DNA of 64,000 bases from Patescibacteria group bacterium. Its GTDB lineage: Bacteria > Patescibacteriota > Patescibacteriia > JBDRGY01. Positions within the stretch are counted from its first letter, which is position 1. Every line of letters starts with the position of its first letter. Shown one piece after another: positions 9,871 through 19,094 of this stretch. The notes under the pieces were generated by a model. It searched no databases, was not told the origin of the DNA, and saw nothing but the letters and a program-made list of their open reading frames with translations. The stretch covers positions 64,797 to 128,796 of the forward strand of contig JBDRGY010000004.1 in assembly GCA_043817315.1 (NCBI GenBank). The letters are read 5' to 3'. The position numbers and the translations under genes were made by a program.

Positions 9871-10089
9871 GTTATCAACTTGACGCAAGGGGGGATTGAC
9901 GATAAACTTAAGTTAGTAATCAGCCGTCGCAGAGAAGTAGCGCCGTCGCATATCGAACCATAAAAAGCAAAAAGAAAATGATATCAGTGCCTCGACAGTA
10001 TGTCAGAAGAATAGCGCCGTCGCCTTGATCTGAGGATAAGTGAATAGAATTGTCTATATGCGGGGAAGAATAATTAATAAATCATAGAA

Positions 10090-10491
10090 ATGAATCTTAA
10101 CAAGGCTGAAGTAATCGGGAATCTGACGCGGGATCCCCAAATCAAAACTTTGCCCTCGGGTACGCCTATCGCCAATTTTTCGGTGGCTACCAATCGCTTT
10201 TGGACCGATTATAAAACAAAGAAAAAAAGAGAATCAACAGAGTATCATAATATTGTAGCCTGGGGTAAATTAGCAGAAATAATCGGCAAGTATCTTAAAA
10301 AGGGAGGAAAAGTCTATGTGGACGGTCGTCTACAAACAAGATCATGGGAAGATAAGAATAAGAATAAAAGAGAAAGAACAGAAATTGTTGCTGATAACTT
10401 GATTATGTTGGGACATTTAAATAAAAAACCGTCAGAAGATCTAGCCAAGGAAGAAATTGATATCGAAGAAGTAGATATTGAGCAAGCCTAA
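10090..10491 (+). CDS. ssb: single-stranded DNA-binding protein
   Basis: 133 aa. It has an OB-fold SSB N-terminus (MNLNKAEVIGNLTRDPQIKTLPSGTPIANFSVATNRFW...YHNIVAWGKLAEI...VYVDGRLQTRSWEDK) and an acidic C-terminal tail ending DIEEVDIEQA. Confidence 0.85.
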   Translation: MNLNKAEVIGNLTRDPQIKTLPSGTPIANFSVATNRFWTDYKTKKKRESTEYHNIVAWGKLAEIIGKYLKKGGKVYVDGRLQTRSWEDKNKNKRERTEIVADNLIMLGHLNKKPSEDLAKEEIDIEEVDIEQA

Positions 10492-10516
10492 AAAGTTAGT
10501 TACCTGAAGGGCTTCT

Positions 10517-10780
10517 TTGGCCAGGATCCCCACAAGAGGCCCTTCGGGTTTAGATAGTATGGAAAAAACGATTCAAATTGGCTCAAAAATCAGAGCAGAA
10601 ATTAACGGGTTAAACAAAGTAATTATCATTGTAGAACAGCAGAACGTTGATCCTGAGAACGGCAAGATTTCTGAATTTTCGCCAGTAGGGGCAGCTCTAA
10701 TTGGGCATGAACAGGGTGATCAGTTCGAAGCAAGATTACCCAGCGGTAAGTACCTTTTTAACATAAAAAGAGTTCTCTAG
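10517..10780 (+). CDS. GreA/GreB C-terminal (FKBP-like) domain protein, stand-alone
   Basis: The motif KISEFSPVGAALIGHEQGDQFE matches the GreA C-terminal consensus IS..SP.G.ALLG...GD.V. The start is either a TTG at 10517 or an ATG at 10559. Confidence 0.6.
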   Translation: MARIPTRGPSGLDSMEKTIQIGSKIRAEINGLNKVIIIVEQQNVDPENGKISEFSPVGAALIGHEQGDQFEARLPSGKYLFNIKRVL

Positions 10781-10975
10781 TTCTCCAACTGCCTATCTTT
10801 TCTTTGGTCGCCCCTTCTTATGGTAAACATCCCCGTCCTCTGTTTATCATCGGATGGGAATTTAAGTAGAGGTAGGCAGATGAAGGATTGGAAACGTTTA
10901 GGACTTTGATTTCGTTTTCGAAGTAAGTTACGTTGTCGTTGTTGGTATGGCTTTCGCTAATTTTTTAGACATATT

Positions 10976-11401
10976 ATGATAGGAGCAATAAAAAATTTCA
11001 AAGATTTAAACGTTTATCAAGATTCATACAAAGCCTCTTTGTTAATCCATAAAGAAATTGTTCCTAATTTACCAAAAGAGGAACAGTACGATTTAACTGA
11101 TCAATTACGCAGGTCAGCCAAGACCATACCCAGATTAATCGCCGAAGATTATGCCAAGAAAGAGCAGGTACATGGTTTTCAAAAATATTTACTGGATGCG
11201 TTTGGCGAAAGTAATGAGACTATAGTATCACTTTCTCATTGTGAAGATTTATATAATGAACATGTCGATACCAAATTGTGCCAACAATTAATTGATATCT
11301 ATGATAAATGTAGTCGTCAATTGTTTAGATTAAGCGAAAGTTGGCAAAGTTTTTCTTATCGACACCAAAAACCAAACCGAAAACGATACGAACTTCCATA
11401 A
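10976..11401 (+). CDS. four-helix-bundle protein (23S rRNA IVS protein / Avd-like family)
   Basis: 141 aa. The N-terminal F.DL.VYQ..Y......H.EIV..LPKEE.Y.L.DQLRRSA..I...IAE fits the TIGR02436 / PF05635 family. Confidence 0.7.
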   Translation: MIGAIKNFKDLNVYQDSYKASLLIHKEIVPNLPKEEQYDLTDQLRRSAKTIPRLIAEDYAKKEQVHGFQKYLLDAFGESNETIVSLSHCEDLYNEHVDTKLCQQLIDIYDKCSRQLFRLSESWQSFSYRHQKPNRKRYELP

Positions 11402-11427
11402 CGAAAACCAGAACATTTTACCATAAA

Positions 11428-11462
11428 AATGACGGGGCAAATCCATGACGGGGTTTGCTCAT
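11428..11462 (+). repeat. Short intergenic repeat, copy 1 (gacggggcaaatccatgacggggtttgctcatt)
   Basis: A near-identical copy lies at 12968-13002 (gacggggcaagcccaagacggggtttgctcatt). Each copy contains an internal direct repeat of gacgggg and can fold as a hairpin ending in gagcaaa. Confidence 0.5.
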
Positions 11463-11578
11463 TGAAACAACAAGATAGCGATTATTGAAAGGGGCTTTGC
11501 TTATGAGTAGTAATCCGGTTTTTGGTTAGCTAACCGAGAGTGTAAAACGAGGTAATTCTGAAAGGAAGGTGTGGAAAA

Positions 11579-12592
11579 ATGAAGCGGACGGCGTACTTAG
11601 GTTTGATGCTGACACTGGTTTGTCTAATCATCTGTTCGGGTTGTTCTGATAATAATCCGACTGGTGTCTCAATGGACGAACAGTCCGAAATAGTGACATT
11701 GGAGTTCGTTGCGTCGATTAGTCTTGATGATCTGATACTGATGAGTGAGAACCACAACCTGACAGTAGAAGAAATTAGATTGGTAATCGGTGACATTACT
11801 GTCGGTTATACAGTCGGCGGTAGATCAATTTCCGAGATCAAGGACGAATTCGTTCAAGAACATGACAAATTCTTGAACTTCTTGTCGGAGAACTGTCAGC
11901 AAGATGACGCTCTGGCGCCGTATCAGGGAATTTGTCATGATATGAAGAGTCAGTCCGATAAGGGCGAGATAGAAGTAAGTATTATCTCTGTCCAGGGTCC
12001 AGTAGATAGGGTTACGATCGAGTCTTTGGGGGCAAAAGTAGAGGAAGAAGTAATTGTATTGCCCACAGATCGGGAAGTAAGCATCAGCCAGATGAATACA
12101 GGAGAACCGGAAGAGTCCGACGAAGAGGTAAGATCCTATTGGCATGAAAGATGGGCTCCGTACGGTGGGCAATCGTTAATCATCCAAGCCTACACGTATC
12201 AAAAGTTCATCTTCAATAATACCAGTGATTTTACCAGCTTGAGGACCTACGAACATGAAACCCAAGTCTACGATCGCAACTTCGCAGATTACACGGGATA
12301 TTGGGCAACCAATATGCCCTACGGCTATAAAGATACCTCTTTCTGCGATAATATTGACAACTTCACGGTTGGCTGCTCAAGGGCAGAACTGTTAACTACC
12401 TATCGGTGGTATTGGACATATATGTCGTTGCGCAGACAGTCCTCGGGAAGCGCCCTTTGCAGAATCAAGGGTCAAATCGGACACCGGATCTTCGGTTGGT
12501 GCTATTCAACTTGGTGTATAGTGGCTGATGCCACTTCCGGCACAATGGCCTATCTTTTGTTGCCGAATTACGGATGTTGTTGGCAGTATTGA
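11579..12592 (+). CDS. putative lipoprotein, function unknown
   Basis: 337 aa. It has a signal peptide with a lipobox-like LIICSGCS, an acidic middle region, and a C-terminal half rich in Trp, Tyr and Cys. Confidence 0.5.
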   Translation: MKRTAYLGLMLTLVCLIICSGCSDNNPTGVSMDEQSEIVTLEFVASISLDDLILMSENHNLTVEEIRLVIGDITVGYTVGGRSISEIKDEFVQEHDKFLNFLSENCQQDDALAPYQGICHDMKSQSDKGEIEVSIISVQGPVDRVTIESLGAKVEEEVIVLPTDREVSISQMNTGEPEESDEEVRSYWHERWAPYGGQSLIIQAYTYQKFIFNNTSDFTSLRTYEHETQVYDRNFADYTGYWATNMPYGYKDTSFCDNIDNFTVGCSRAELLTTYRWYWTYMSLRRQSSGSALCRIKGQIGHRIFGWCYSTWCIVADATSGTMAYLLLPNYGCCWQY

Positions 12593-12639
12593 TCAAGGGG
12601 GGATGATATGTCCCCCCATATAACCTCTTAAATTAAATT

Positions 12640-12948
12640 ATGAAAAACAGAAAGTATCTAACGTTACTGTCAGTCGCAATGTTGTTAATCATCGGCATAA
12701 TTGTGCCGATTTGTTATCAATTTATTCAATTAAGAAACCAGAATATTGCATCAGATTGTCGATCTCAGATACATTTTCTTTTACCTAAATTTGTTAAACC
12801 ATTTATCTTTTATGTGGATATTCAATATGAAAATAATAGTGTGATTGGTATAGCCAGGACATTCTATAATATTCCAATTTATCAAGTGAATTTTCGAACT
12901 CCAGAAGATTGTTCAGCCGGTACAAGAGCAATAATAAAGTCTCTTTAG
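12640..12948 (+). CDS. small membrane protein, hypothetical
   Basis: 102 aa with one N-terminal TM helix. I recognised no domain. Confidence 0.35.
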   Translation: MKNRKYLTLLSVAMLLIIGIIVPICYQFIQLRNQNIASDCRSQIHFLLPKFVKPFIFYVDIQYENNSVIGIARTFYNIPIYQVNFRTPEDCSAGTRAIIKSL

Positions 12949-12967
12949 AAGTAATATATTGGAAGAC

Positions 12968-13002
12968 GGGGCAAGCCCAAGACGGGGTTTGCTCATTACA
13001 AT
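12968..13002 (+). repeat. Short intergenic repeat, copy 2
   Basis: See copy 1 at 11428-11462. The sequence is gacggggcaagcccaagacggggtttgctcatt. Confidence 0.5.
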
Positions 13003-13099
13003 AGGCCCATCTGTTTCTACTATTAAAAACGAGGAGGTGAAGATGGCAGGAATCTCTGGTCATTTTGTTGACCCATAATGTCTTTCAGGAAGGTGGAAA

Positions 13100-13789
13100 A
13101 TGAAAAGGACGATGCTGTTGCTGTTGTGCGTCGTGATTAGTATCACGATGTGTTCACTGGCTTCGGCCACTACGGTGGAAGAGAAAACCTGGGGTACGAT
13201 CAAGGCGTTGTATCGGACAGCTGAAGAAGTTGAGCAGGGTCCGATGTATCGTCCTAGTGCAGCAATTGGAATTGCCTGGCCATTCGGTCGTTGGGATAAT
13301 CCCAATGACTGGGTTGGTTGGCAGGGCGATAGCTACGGAGGAGTATCGGGAAGCTTCTGCGGAGGTCACAGAAATCATACCCATTCGGGAGCCGATCTGA
13401 AAGCCCGAGACCTAAGCAGGAGCGGTTGTAATGGAGTAAGAATCTATGCTGGTTTTACAGGTAAAGTCGTGCAGGTCTATAAGCGGTGTGAAAATAAGAA
13501 AAGTAGTTGCAACGGTGGATACGGCAACACAGTTGTGATCTACGATGTCAATCGCCATGTTGCCATACGTTACTCCCATCTCTCGTATGTAGCTGTTCGT
13601 AAAGGTCAGCGAGTGAGGCGCGGACAGTACCTTGGCAAGGTAGGAAAATCGGGAAATATTACAGGTCCTCATCTCCACCTTGCTGCCTACGAGAACATCG
13701 ACCACTTCGACTCACAGGGATATCCAGTGATTCCAACTCTCTGTGATTCCGAGTGGTACTGTTGTAGGGTATACTTTTACAGCTGGTAG
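13100..13789 (+). CDS. secreted M23 (LytM-type) metallopeptidase
   Basis: 229 aa. It has a signal peptide (MKRTMLLLLCVVISITMCSLASA) and the M23 motifs HTHSGADL and GNITGPHLHL. Confidence 0.75.
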   Translation: MKRTMLLLLCVVISITMCSLASATTVEEKTWGTIKALYRTAEEVEQGPMYRPSAAIGIAWPFGRWDNPNDWVGWQGDSYGGVSGSFCGGHRNHTHSGADLKARDLSRSGCNGVRIYAGFTGKVVQVYKRCENKKSSCNGGYGNTVVIYDVNRHVAIRYSHLSYVAVRKGQRVRRGQYLGKVGKSGNITGPHLHLAAYENIDHFDSQGYPVIPTLCDSEWYCCRVYFYSW

Positions 13790-13870
13790 GGCCTTAACGT
13801 TGGAGGGGATAGTTTCCCCTCCAACCGTTTTAATGATAGTATTGGAGTGGTTGATAATTAGAAAAAAAAT

Positions 13871-15004
13871 ATGAGAAAACCAATGGTCTACATCTCGGCT
13901 ACTGTCGTGGTAGTGGGAATAGGCGTGGGTGGGTGGTATCTTTTCCAGAACTCCCAATCGGAAACAAATACTAATACAAATCAACAAACACTGGCAGAAT
14001 ACCACGATAAATTAGTATATATTAAAGAAACGATCGATGATGTGACGGATAGCTATGATATTTACCTGGCTGATACAAATGGTAGTAGTGAATTAATTCA
14101 TTCCTTCACTAATCCGCCACACCTAGGCTCAACAATGTTTTTAATTTATGGGGATGATCAGATCTTTGCCTTCCGTTATCAAGACGATGAGACGCGTAAA
14201 ATAATCAACTATGATGGAACGGTAATGGATACTGACTTGCCGCTTGATTATGATTTTGCGCTTTCTAATGATCAGTACCGAGTATCCTACCCAGCTCCTG
14301 ATTTAATTGACAATGATTCCAAGTTGGTAATCTATGATGTCCAGAGTGGAACCGGTCGAGAATATGACGCTCACATGGAAGGTGGATTTGGAGTCCCAGG
14401 ACATCTCCGCCCCGTAGCCTGGAGCCCTGATGATTCCACAGTATATGCTGACGTAGTTCTGTATACAGAAGGCTGTCTGGATGGGCTTTACGAAGTGAAT
14501 CCTATCACCGGAGCTACTAAAGCGATACCGGTGTTTGACGAGTTAAATATCTGTGTGCCCACAGTCTATCCTAAAAGAGATTTAGCTTTTGGCTTTGATC
14601 GCAATCTATCGCCCATGGGAGATGAAGAGATTGATGTGGATATTACTTATTATAAAGTAAAACTATCTGATGGCACTTATTCGACGTTAAACCTGGCTAC
14701 ACCTACCTATTATGGTGAATTTTTGCTGGCACCAAGCCAAGACTTGATTGCCTATGCGGATAATGATTTTAACACCTGGATTACTGATTTGTCTGGCGAA
14801 AATGCCGTTTTAGCTACTGAAGGTACCCCCGTGGCCTGGTCTAACAATAACCTGCTAGCTATTGATGAAGACAGTATTACCGATGACCATGAAGAGGTTA
14901 TCAATATATATGACCCGGTTACCCAAACAGTACAAGAAATTGTCAAAACAGCAGGTTTTGATGACAGATTAGAGGTTATCGGCTGGATCCGAGTGCCCGA
15001 ATAA
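13871..15004 (+). CDS. membrane-anchored extracellular protein, hypothetical
   Basis: 377 aa. It has an N-terminal TM helix followed by an Asn/Thr-rich linker (SETNTNTNQQ). No domain was recognised. Confidence 0.5.
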   Translation: MRKPMVYISATVVVVGIGVGGWYLFQNSQSETNTNTNQQTLAEYHDKLVYIKETIDDVTDSYDIYLADTNGSSELIHSFTNPPHLGSTMFLIYGDDQIFAFRYQDDETRKIINYDGTVMDTDLPLDYDFALSNDQYRVSYPAPDLIDNDSKLVIYDVQSGTGREYDAHMEGGFGVPGHLRPVAWSPDDSTVYADVVLYTEGCLDGLYEVNPITGATKAIPVFDELNICVPTVYPKRDLAFGFDRNLSPMGDEEIDVDITYYKVKLSDGTYSTLNLATPTYYGEFLLAPSQDLIAYADNDFNTWITDLSGENAVLATEGTPVAWSNNNLLAIDEDSITDDHEEVINIYDPVTQTVQEIVKTAGFDDRLEVIGWIRVPE

Positions 15005-15023
15005 GTAGAAATATTTTTTAGAG

Positions 15024-15050
15024 GACGGGGCTTTGGCCCCGTCTTTTTAT
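15024..15050 (+). terminator. Rho-independent terminator
   Basis: The sequence gacggggctttggccccgtc is followed by TTTTT. Confidence 0.6.
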
Positions 15051-15115
15051 TGTCCTTTGTTTTCTTAAAGGGGGGTTGCTATATATTTAAGGTGTCATTA
15101 AACTTGAACAAAACT

Positions 15116-15553
15116 ATGGAGACTATCCAAAGAATCGTTGTGGCCGGAATCTTGATCGAGCAAGGGAAAATACTATTAGTCCATCGAGTTGGAAGCCAAA
15201 GCAGCTATCCTGGTAGCTGGGAACTGCCCTCTGGGGAAAAACAAGCAAACGAGGACTGTTTCAATTGCCTGGTCAGGAAGATTCGTAAGGAAGTGGGAAT
15301 AAGTGCCTACGTGGATCGGCCTGTCTCCGTCTTTGATTACCAGATGGAGAGAGGAGATACCAGGATCAAAACCACCCAGATTAATTTTTTGACCAAGAGA
15401 GTTGATAGCCGCCAGCACATCAGGCTAAGTAGTGTCTACCGGCAATATAAGTATTTTGACAGAGATGAATTAGATCGCTGCCAGATTAACCCGGCCATAA
15501 AAAATGTTTTGACTATCACTTTTGATAATCTAGCCAATCCAGCTCGGGTCTAA
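15116..15553 (+). CDS. NUDIX hydrolase
   Basis: The Nudix box reads SGEKQANEDCFNCLVRKIRKEVGI. The reading frame is open from 15050, but the first plausible ATG that gives a domain-sized protein is at 15116. Confidence 0.6.
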   Translation: METIQRIVVAGILIEQGKILLVHRVGSQSSYPGSWELPSGEKQANEDCFNCLVRKIRKEVGISAYVDRPVSVFDYQMERGDTRIKTTQINFLTKRVDSRQHIRLSSVYRQYKYFDRDELDRCQINPAIKNVLTITFDNLANPARV

Positions 15554-15555
15554 TT

Positions 15556-15590
15556 GAAAAAAGCCCAACGGAAGCCGCGGCTTTTTTTAT
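15556..15590 (+). terminator. Rho-independent terminator
   Basis: aaaaaagcccaacggaagccgcggcttttttt. Confidence 0.6.
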
Positions 15591-15653
15591 TGACAACAAA
15601 ACATGGTATATGATAAGTTAAGCAACTAGTCAATATGGTTCTTTAACAAGGAG

Positions 15654-16223
15654 GTGAAAGTGTTCCGTGATCGAAGAGATGTCTGGTACTTCATCAAGGA
15701 TCGGCCCACTATCTGGCTGCCGCCGCTCTTCGCCGTCTGGTCGGTTTTCCTGATGTGCGGTTTTATCGGTTTCTTCGTGCACCGGGAATTCGTCCAGACA
15801 GGTGGACAGGAGAACTTCCTGGGAATCCTCCTCCCCATTTTCGCAGTCATTCTGGGTCTACTCTTCATCTGTGGTTTGATTGGCATGATGCAAGGGGACC
15901 ACATCGCAGTTGGAGCTACGGGCGGCCTGGCCGTAACAATTGGTATGCTGGTTGCCGTGGTCAGTCCGTTCATCTCATGGTACATACTGCGTTTGCTGGC
16001 CCCGGGGCTGCTCAACTTGCCGATTTTGCAGGCCTTGAACTTCCAGTTCCACGAGGCCCCGTATCGCATCTTCGGTAATGTCGGCATTACCGGCTTGTAC
16101 GCAGCCATGATAGTCGGGCCCTACTTCGCCTTCAGCTTGGTCAGCATACCGGTTCATCTGTTGGTCGAACGTTTCCAGCAACGGCGTATTGCCAGTTCAT
16201 CCCTTCAGCCCGCCAAAGCTTAA
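15654..16223 (+). CDS. GC-rich integral membrane protein, hypothetical
   Basis: 189 aa with about 5 TM helices. It uses a GTG start with an AAGGAGGTG ribosome-binding site. The GC content is markedly higher than in neighbouring genes. It is flanked by terminators, including cccgccaa/ttggcggg plus a T-run at 16208-16241. Confidence 0.5.
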   Translation: MKVFRDRRDVWYFIKDRPTIWLPPLFAVWSVFLMCGFIGFFVHREFVQTGGQENFLGILLPIFAVILGLLFICGLIGMMQGDHIAVGATGGLAVTIGMLVAVVSPFISWYILRLLAPGLLNLPILQALNFQFHEAPYRIFGNVGITGLYAAMIVGPYFAFSLVSIPVHLLVERFQQRRIASSSLQPAKA

Positions 16224-16311
16224 ACCCTTGGCGGGTTTTTTAATCTCTTGATTTTTACTAATTATAGTGGTAAGTTGGGGGGAGACGGGAGAAAATAACA
16301 GCGCCAAAGTC

Positions 16312-16977
16312 ATGGATATTAAAAGTATAATATCACTGGTTATAGGTATTTTGATGGCAATAGTCGGCCTATATGTTTTTATCAGGAATCCGAAAGCTAG
16401 GATTAACAAGGCTTTCGGTTTTTTAGTTTTAATATTAGTTCTCTGGGTTGCTGGCAATATTGTGACATCAGAAGTTAATGATGTTAAGATGGCTTCGATA
16501 TGGGCAAAGTACATTTTTAGTGTAGCTCTATTTTTACCGATCACTATAATATATTTTTCTTGGGTTTTTCCTTATGAATCAAAACAAGTTAAGAAACGAG
16601 ATGCATTTCTTTTATTGATACCAGTCGTTTTAGTATTTATTACTTTAACTACTAATTTTGTGGTGAAGGGTTTAGATGGGATTGGTTGGCATGCAAACAC
16701 GATATTCGGATCAGGTTTATATCTATATATATTAATATTCTTAGGATATTGGGTTTGGGCAATTGTCAATCTAGTTAATAAGTTAAATAAGTCAGATGGG
16801 ATTCACCGCTGGCAACTCAAAAACATACTTTGGGGGATTATCCCGACATCAGTCATTGGGATAGTGTCAAGTTTAATACTGCCTTTGTATGGAAATCAAA
16901 ATTTCATTTGGCTGACTTTAGCTGCCTTGTTTATTTTTATCTTTTTCACCAGTTACATAATTTTTAAAAAGCCGTGA
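16312..16977 (+). CDS. stand-alone 7TM sensor domain protein (histidine-kinase N-terminal 7TM-like)
   Basis: About 7 TM helices. It shares the DGIHRWQLK motif and overall architecture with the N-termini of the genes at 18417 and 23448. The frame is open from a GTG at 16267. Confidence 0.55.
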   Translation: MDIKSIISLVIGILMAIVGLYVFIRNPKARINKAFGFLVLILVLWVAGNIVTSEVNDVKMASIWAKYIFSVALFLPITIIYFSWVFPYESKQVKKRDAFLLLIPVVLVFITLTTNFVVKGLDGIGWHANTIFGSGLYLYILIFLGYWVWAIVNLVNKLNKSDGIHRWQLKNILWGIIPTSVIGIVSSLILPLYGNQNFIWLTLAALFIFIFFTSYIIFKKP

Positions 16978-18413
16978 TGCAAATTCAAGGAACAATTTTA
17001 TTATTTTTATCGGTGTTAGTTGCCCTGGCTTTATTTTTATTGGCCATCTTTGTTTTATGGAGGAATCCAAAGAGTAAAACGAATTTATTTTTTTCAATCT
17101 TTTGTTTTACGGTTACCCTTTGGACTGTTGCTAATTATTTCTCATTAAGCGTTGTGAGCCCAAGTTTAATGCTATTTTGGATAAGGGTGGTGATGGCGCT
17201 GGCCGTAATTCTAAGTATCTTATTCTTATTATTCATTAATACCTTTCCGTCATCGAAAATTCAATTAAGCAACAAAAAGTTATTCTCCTTGATATTTCTA
17301 GGAATATTAACAATCATTATATGTTTTACTCCTTTATTATTTAAGTCATTAAAATTGGTAGATGGTCAGAGAACTCCGGTGCCGGGTCTGGGAATATCAG
17401 TTTTTATTATAGTGGCTATAGGCTCAATAATTTACGGTTTTATTCTGTTAGTAATAAAATTTAGGAAAAGCATCGGTTTAAGGAAAGCTCAATTAAGATA
17501 TCTATTAGTTGGGTTTTTACTGATGTTCTTGCTTGTGCTGATATTTAATTTCGCATTTGTTGTATTTTTTGATAATCCAAGTTTCATAAGTCTCGGTCCA
17601 ATTTTTTCCCTACCCTTTATCATTCTTACAACTTTCGCTATTATCAAACACCGTTTGATGGGGATTAGACTGATCATCAGAAAAGGTATTATTTACACGG
17701 TAACTTTAATTGTTTCCTTGATAGTATATGTGGCTTTGATTTTCTTTTTACAATATGTGATTGAATCAACCACTACTATAAATGCTATGGTCATCAATTT
17801 TATGGCGGTTTTGATTATTGCTATTGGCTTTGAACCTCTGCGAAAGTGGCTTAGAAAAATTGTTGATAATATATTTTTTCCCGAGAGAAAAACACTACAG
17901 CAAAGTTTAGTCAGGATCAAGGAAGAATTACCCAAGAAAGTCAGTATTGTTAAGCTGTTTGACATTACAAAGCAAGAGATTATGAAAATTGTGCCGGTCT
18001 CCAATATCCAGTTTCAAATCTTGGACGGAAGAAAAGGGACCTACCAGGATTTAGATGGAAATAAAAAAACGATAGATTTGAGAATAAATAGTCCAATGAT
18101 AAAAATAATGATGGCCCAGAAAGATGTTCTTGTAAGAGAGGAATTAGTGATTCAGGCCGAAGAAAAATCAGAAGTTGAAAAAAAGGAGTTGGAAAAAATT
18201 GGTAAGATTTTAGATAAGTATAAAGTTGCATTAATTATTCCACTTGGTTTAGAAAAACCATCGGGTTTGGTTTTATGTGGCTATAAAAAATCAAAAGAAG
18301 CATTCACTTCTGATGATATTATTTTTATTAATACTTTAAGGACGCAGGCATCAATTGCATTAGAAAATGCCTTGCTATATAAACAAGCGGTGGAGCGGAT
18401 TAGGATAAAATAA
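16977..18413 (+). CDS. 7TM sensor domain plus GAF-like domain protein, no kinase domain
   Basis: 479 aa. The N-terminus MQIQGTILL is identical to the paralog at 18417. It has 7 TM helices and a GAF-like C-terminus ending ALENALLYKQAVERIR. It is a paralog of the N-terminal half of the histidine kinase at 23448. Confidence 0.65.
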   Translation: MQIQGTILLFLSVLVALALFLLAIFVLWRNPKSKTNLFFSIFCFTVTLWTVANYFSLSVVSPSLMLFWIRVVMALAVILSILFLLFINTFPSSKIQLSNKKLFSLIFLGILTIIICFTPLLFKSLKLVDGQRTPVPGLGISVFIIVAIGSIIYGFILLVIKFRKSIGLRKAQLRYLLVGFLLMFLLVLIFNFAFVVFFDNPSFISLGPIFSLPFIILTTFAIIKHRLMGIRLIIRKGIIYTVTLIVSLIVYVALIFFLQYVIESTTTINAMVINFMAVLIIAIGFEPLRKWLRKIVDNIFFPERKTLQQSLVRIKEELPKKVSIVKLFDITKQEIMKIVPVSNIQFQILDGRKGTYQDLDGNKKTIDLRINSPMIKIMMAQKDVLVREELVIQAEEKSEVEKKELEKIGKILDKYKVALIIPLGLEKPSGLVLCGYKKSKEAFTSDDIIFINTLRTQASIALENALLYKQAVERIRIK

Positions 18414-18416
18414 TTT

Positions 18417-19094
18417 ATGCAAATTCAAGGAACAATTTTATTGGTCATTGCCGGAATTGAATTGATTCTAGGTCTTTATCTTTTCTTCCGACATCCCAAG
18501 AACCATATCACCATTTCCTATTTTCTGTTTATTCTCGGTGTTGTCATTTGGGTTATATCCAATGGACTAGCAATTTTCAGAGGAGGTAGTGACATTGTTT
18601 GGTGGAAAATGACTTATGTGGGCGGAGCCTTACTTGCTAGTTCCTTTGTATATTTTGCTATGGTTTTTCCATATTCTAAAAAACAAATTTCAAAATGTCT
18701 AATTAGCTGTTTATATCTGCCAGCCATTTACTTTACAATAGTTCTTTTTTCAACCAATATATTAGTCGAGAGATTAATCAAGAAAGAGAATCAAATCTCT
18801 AACGTTACCTTGGGTCCGTTATATCACCTGTATGTTCTCTTCGTCGTTATTTTTTGCCTTTGGGGATTGTATTATTTATTTACCAAGTTCAAAACATCTG
18901 ACGGTATTCATCGTTGGCAATTAAAATATTTATTGTGGGGGATAGTTATTTCCTCAGTTGTGGCCGTAACCAGTGATTTGGTTATGCCGTTTTTCTCTGA
19001 AAACTATTTGATCAATTATCCCTGGGTTGGTTCGGGTTTTTCTATTGTTTGGCTATTCTTCACTAGTTATGTTGTGTTCAAGAAAGTGAATTGA
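18417..19094 (+). CDS. stand-alone 7TM sensor domain protein
   Basis: 225 aa. The first 27 nt (atgcaaattcaaggaacaattttattg) are almost identical to those of the gene at 16977. It contains the DGIHRWQLKYLLWG motif. Confidence 0.6.
   Translation: MQIQGTILLVIAGIELILGLYLFFRHPKNHITISYFLFILGVVIWVISNGLAIFRGGSDIVWWKMTYVGGALLASSFVYFAMVFPYSKKQISKCLISCLYLPAIYFTIVLFSTNILVERLIKKENQISNVTLGPLYHLYVLFVVIFCLWGLYYLFTKFKTSDGIHRWQLKYLLWGIVISSVVAVTSDLVMPFFSENYLINYPWVGSGFSIVWLFFTSYVVFKKVN

Noticed and set aside
10976-13789. A diversity-generating retroelement around the Avd-like gene
   Set aside because: There is no reverse transcriptase ORF and no long template/variable repeat pair. The only repeat is a 33-nt intergenic element.
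15755-16181. Alternative-frame ORFs 15755-16078 (+) and 15975-16181 (-) overlapping the GC-rich membrane gene
   Set aside because: They are overlapping-frame artefacts of high GC. The membrane-protein frame has the ribosome-binding site and coherent TM helices.
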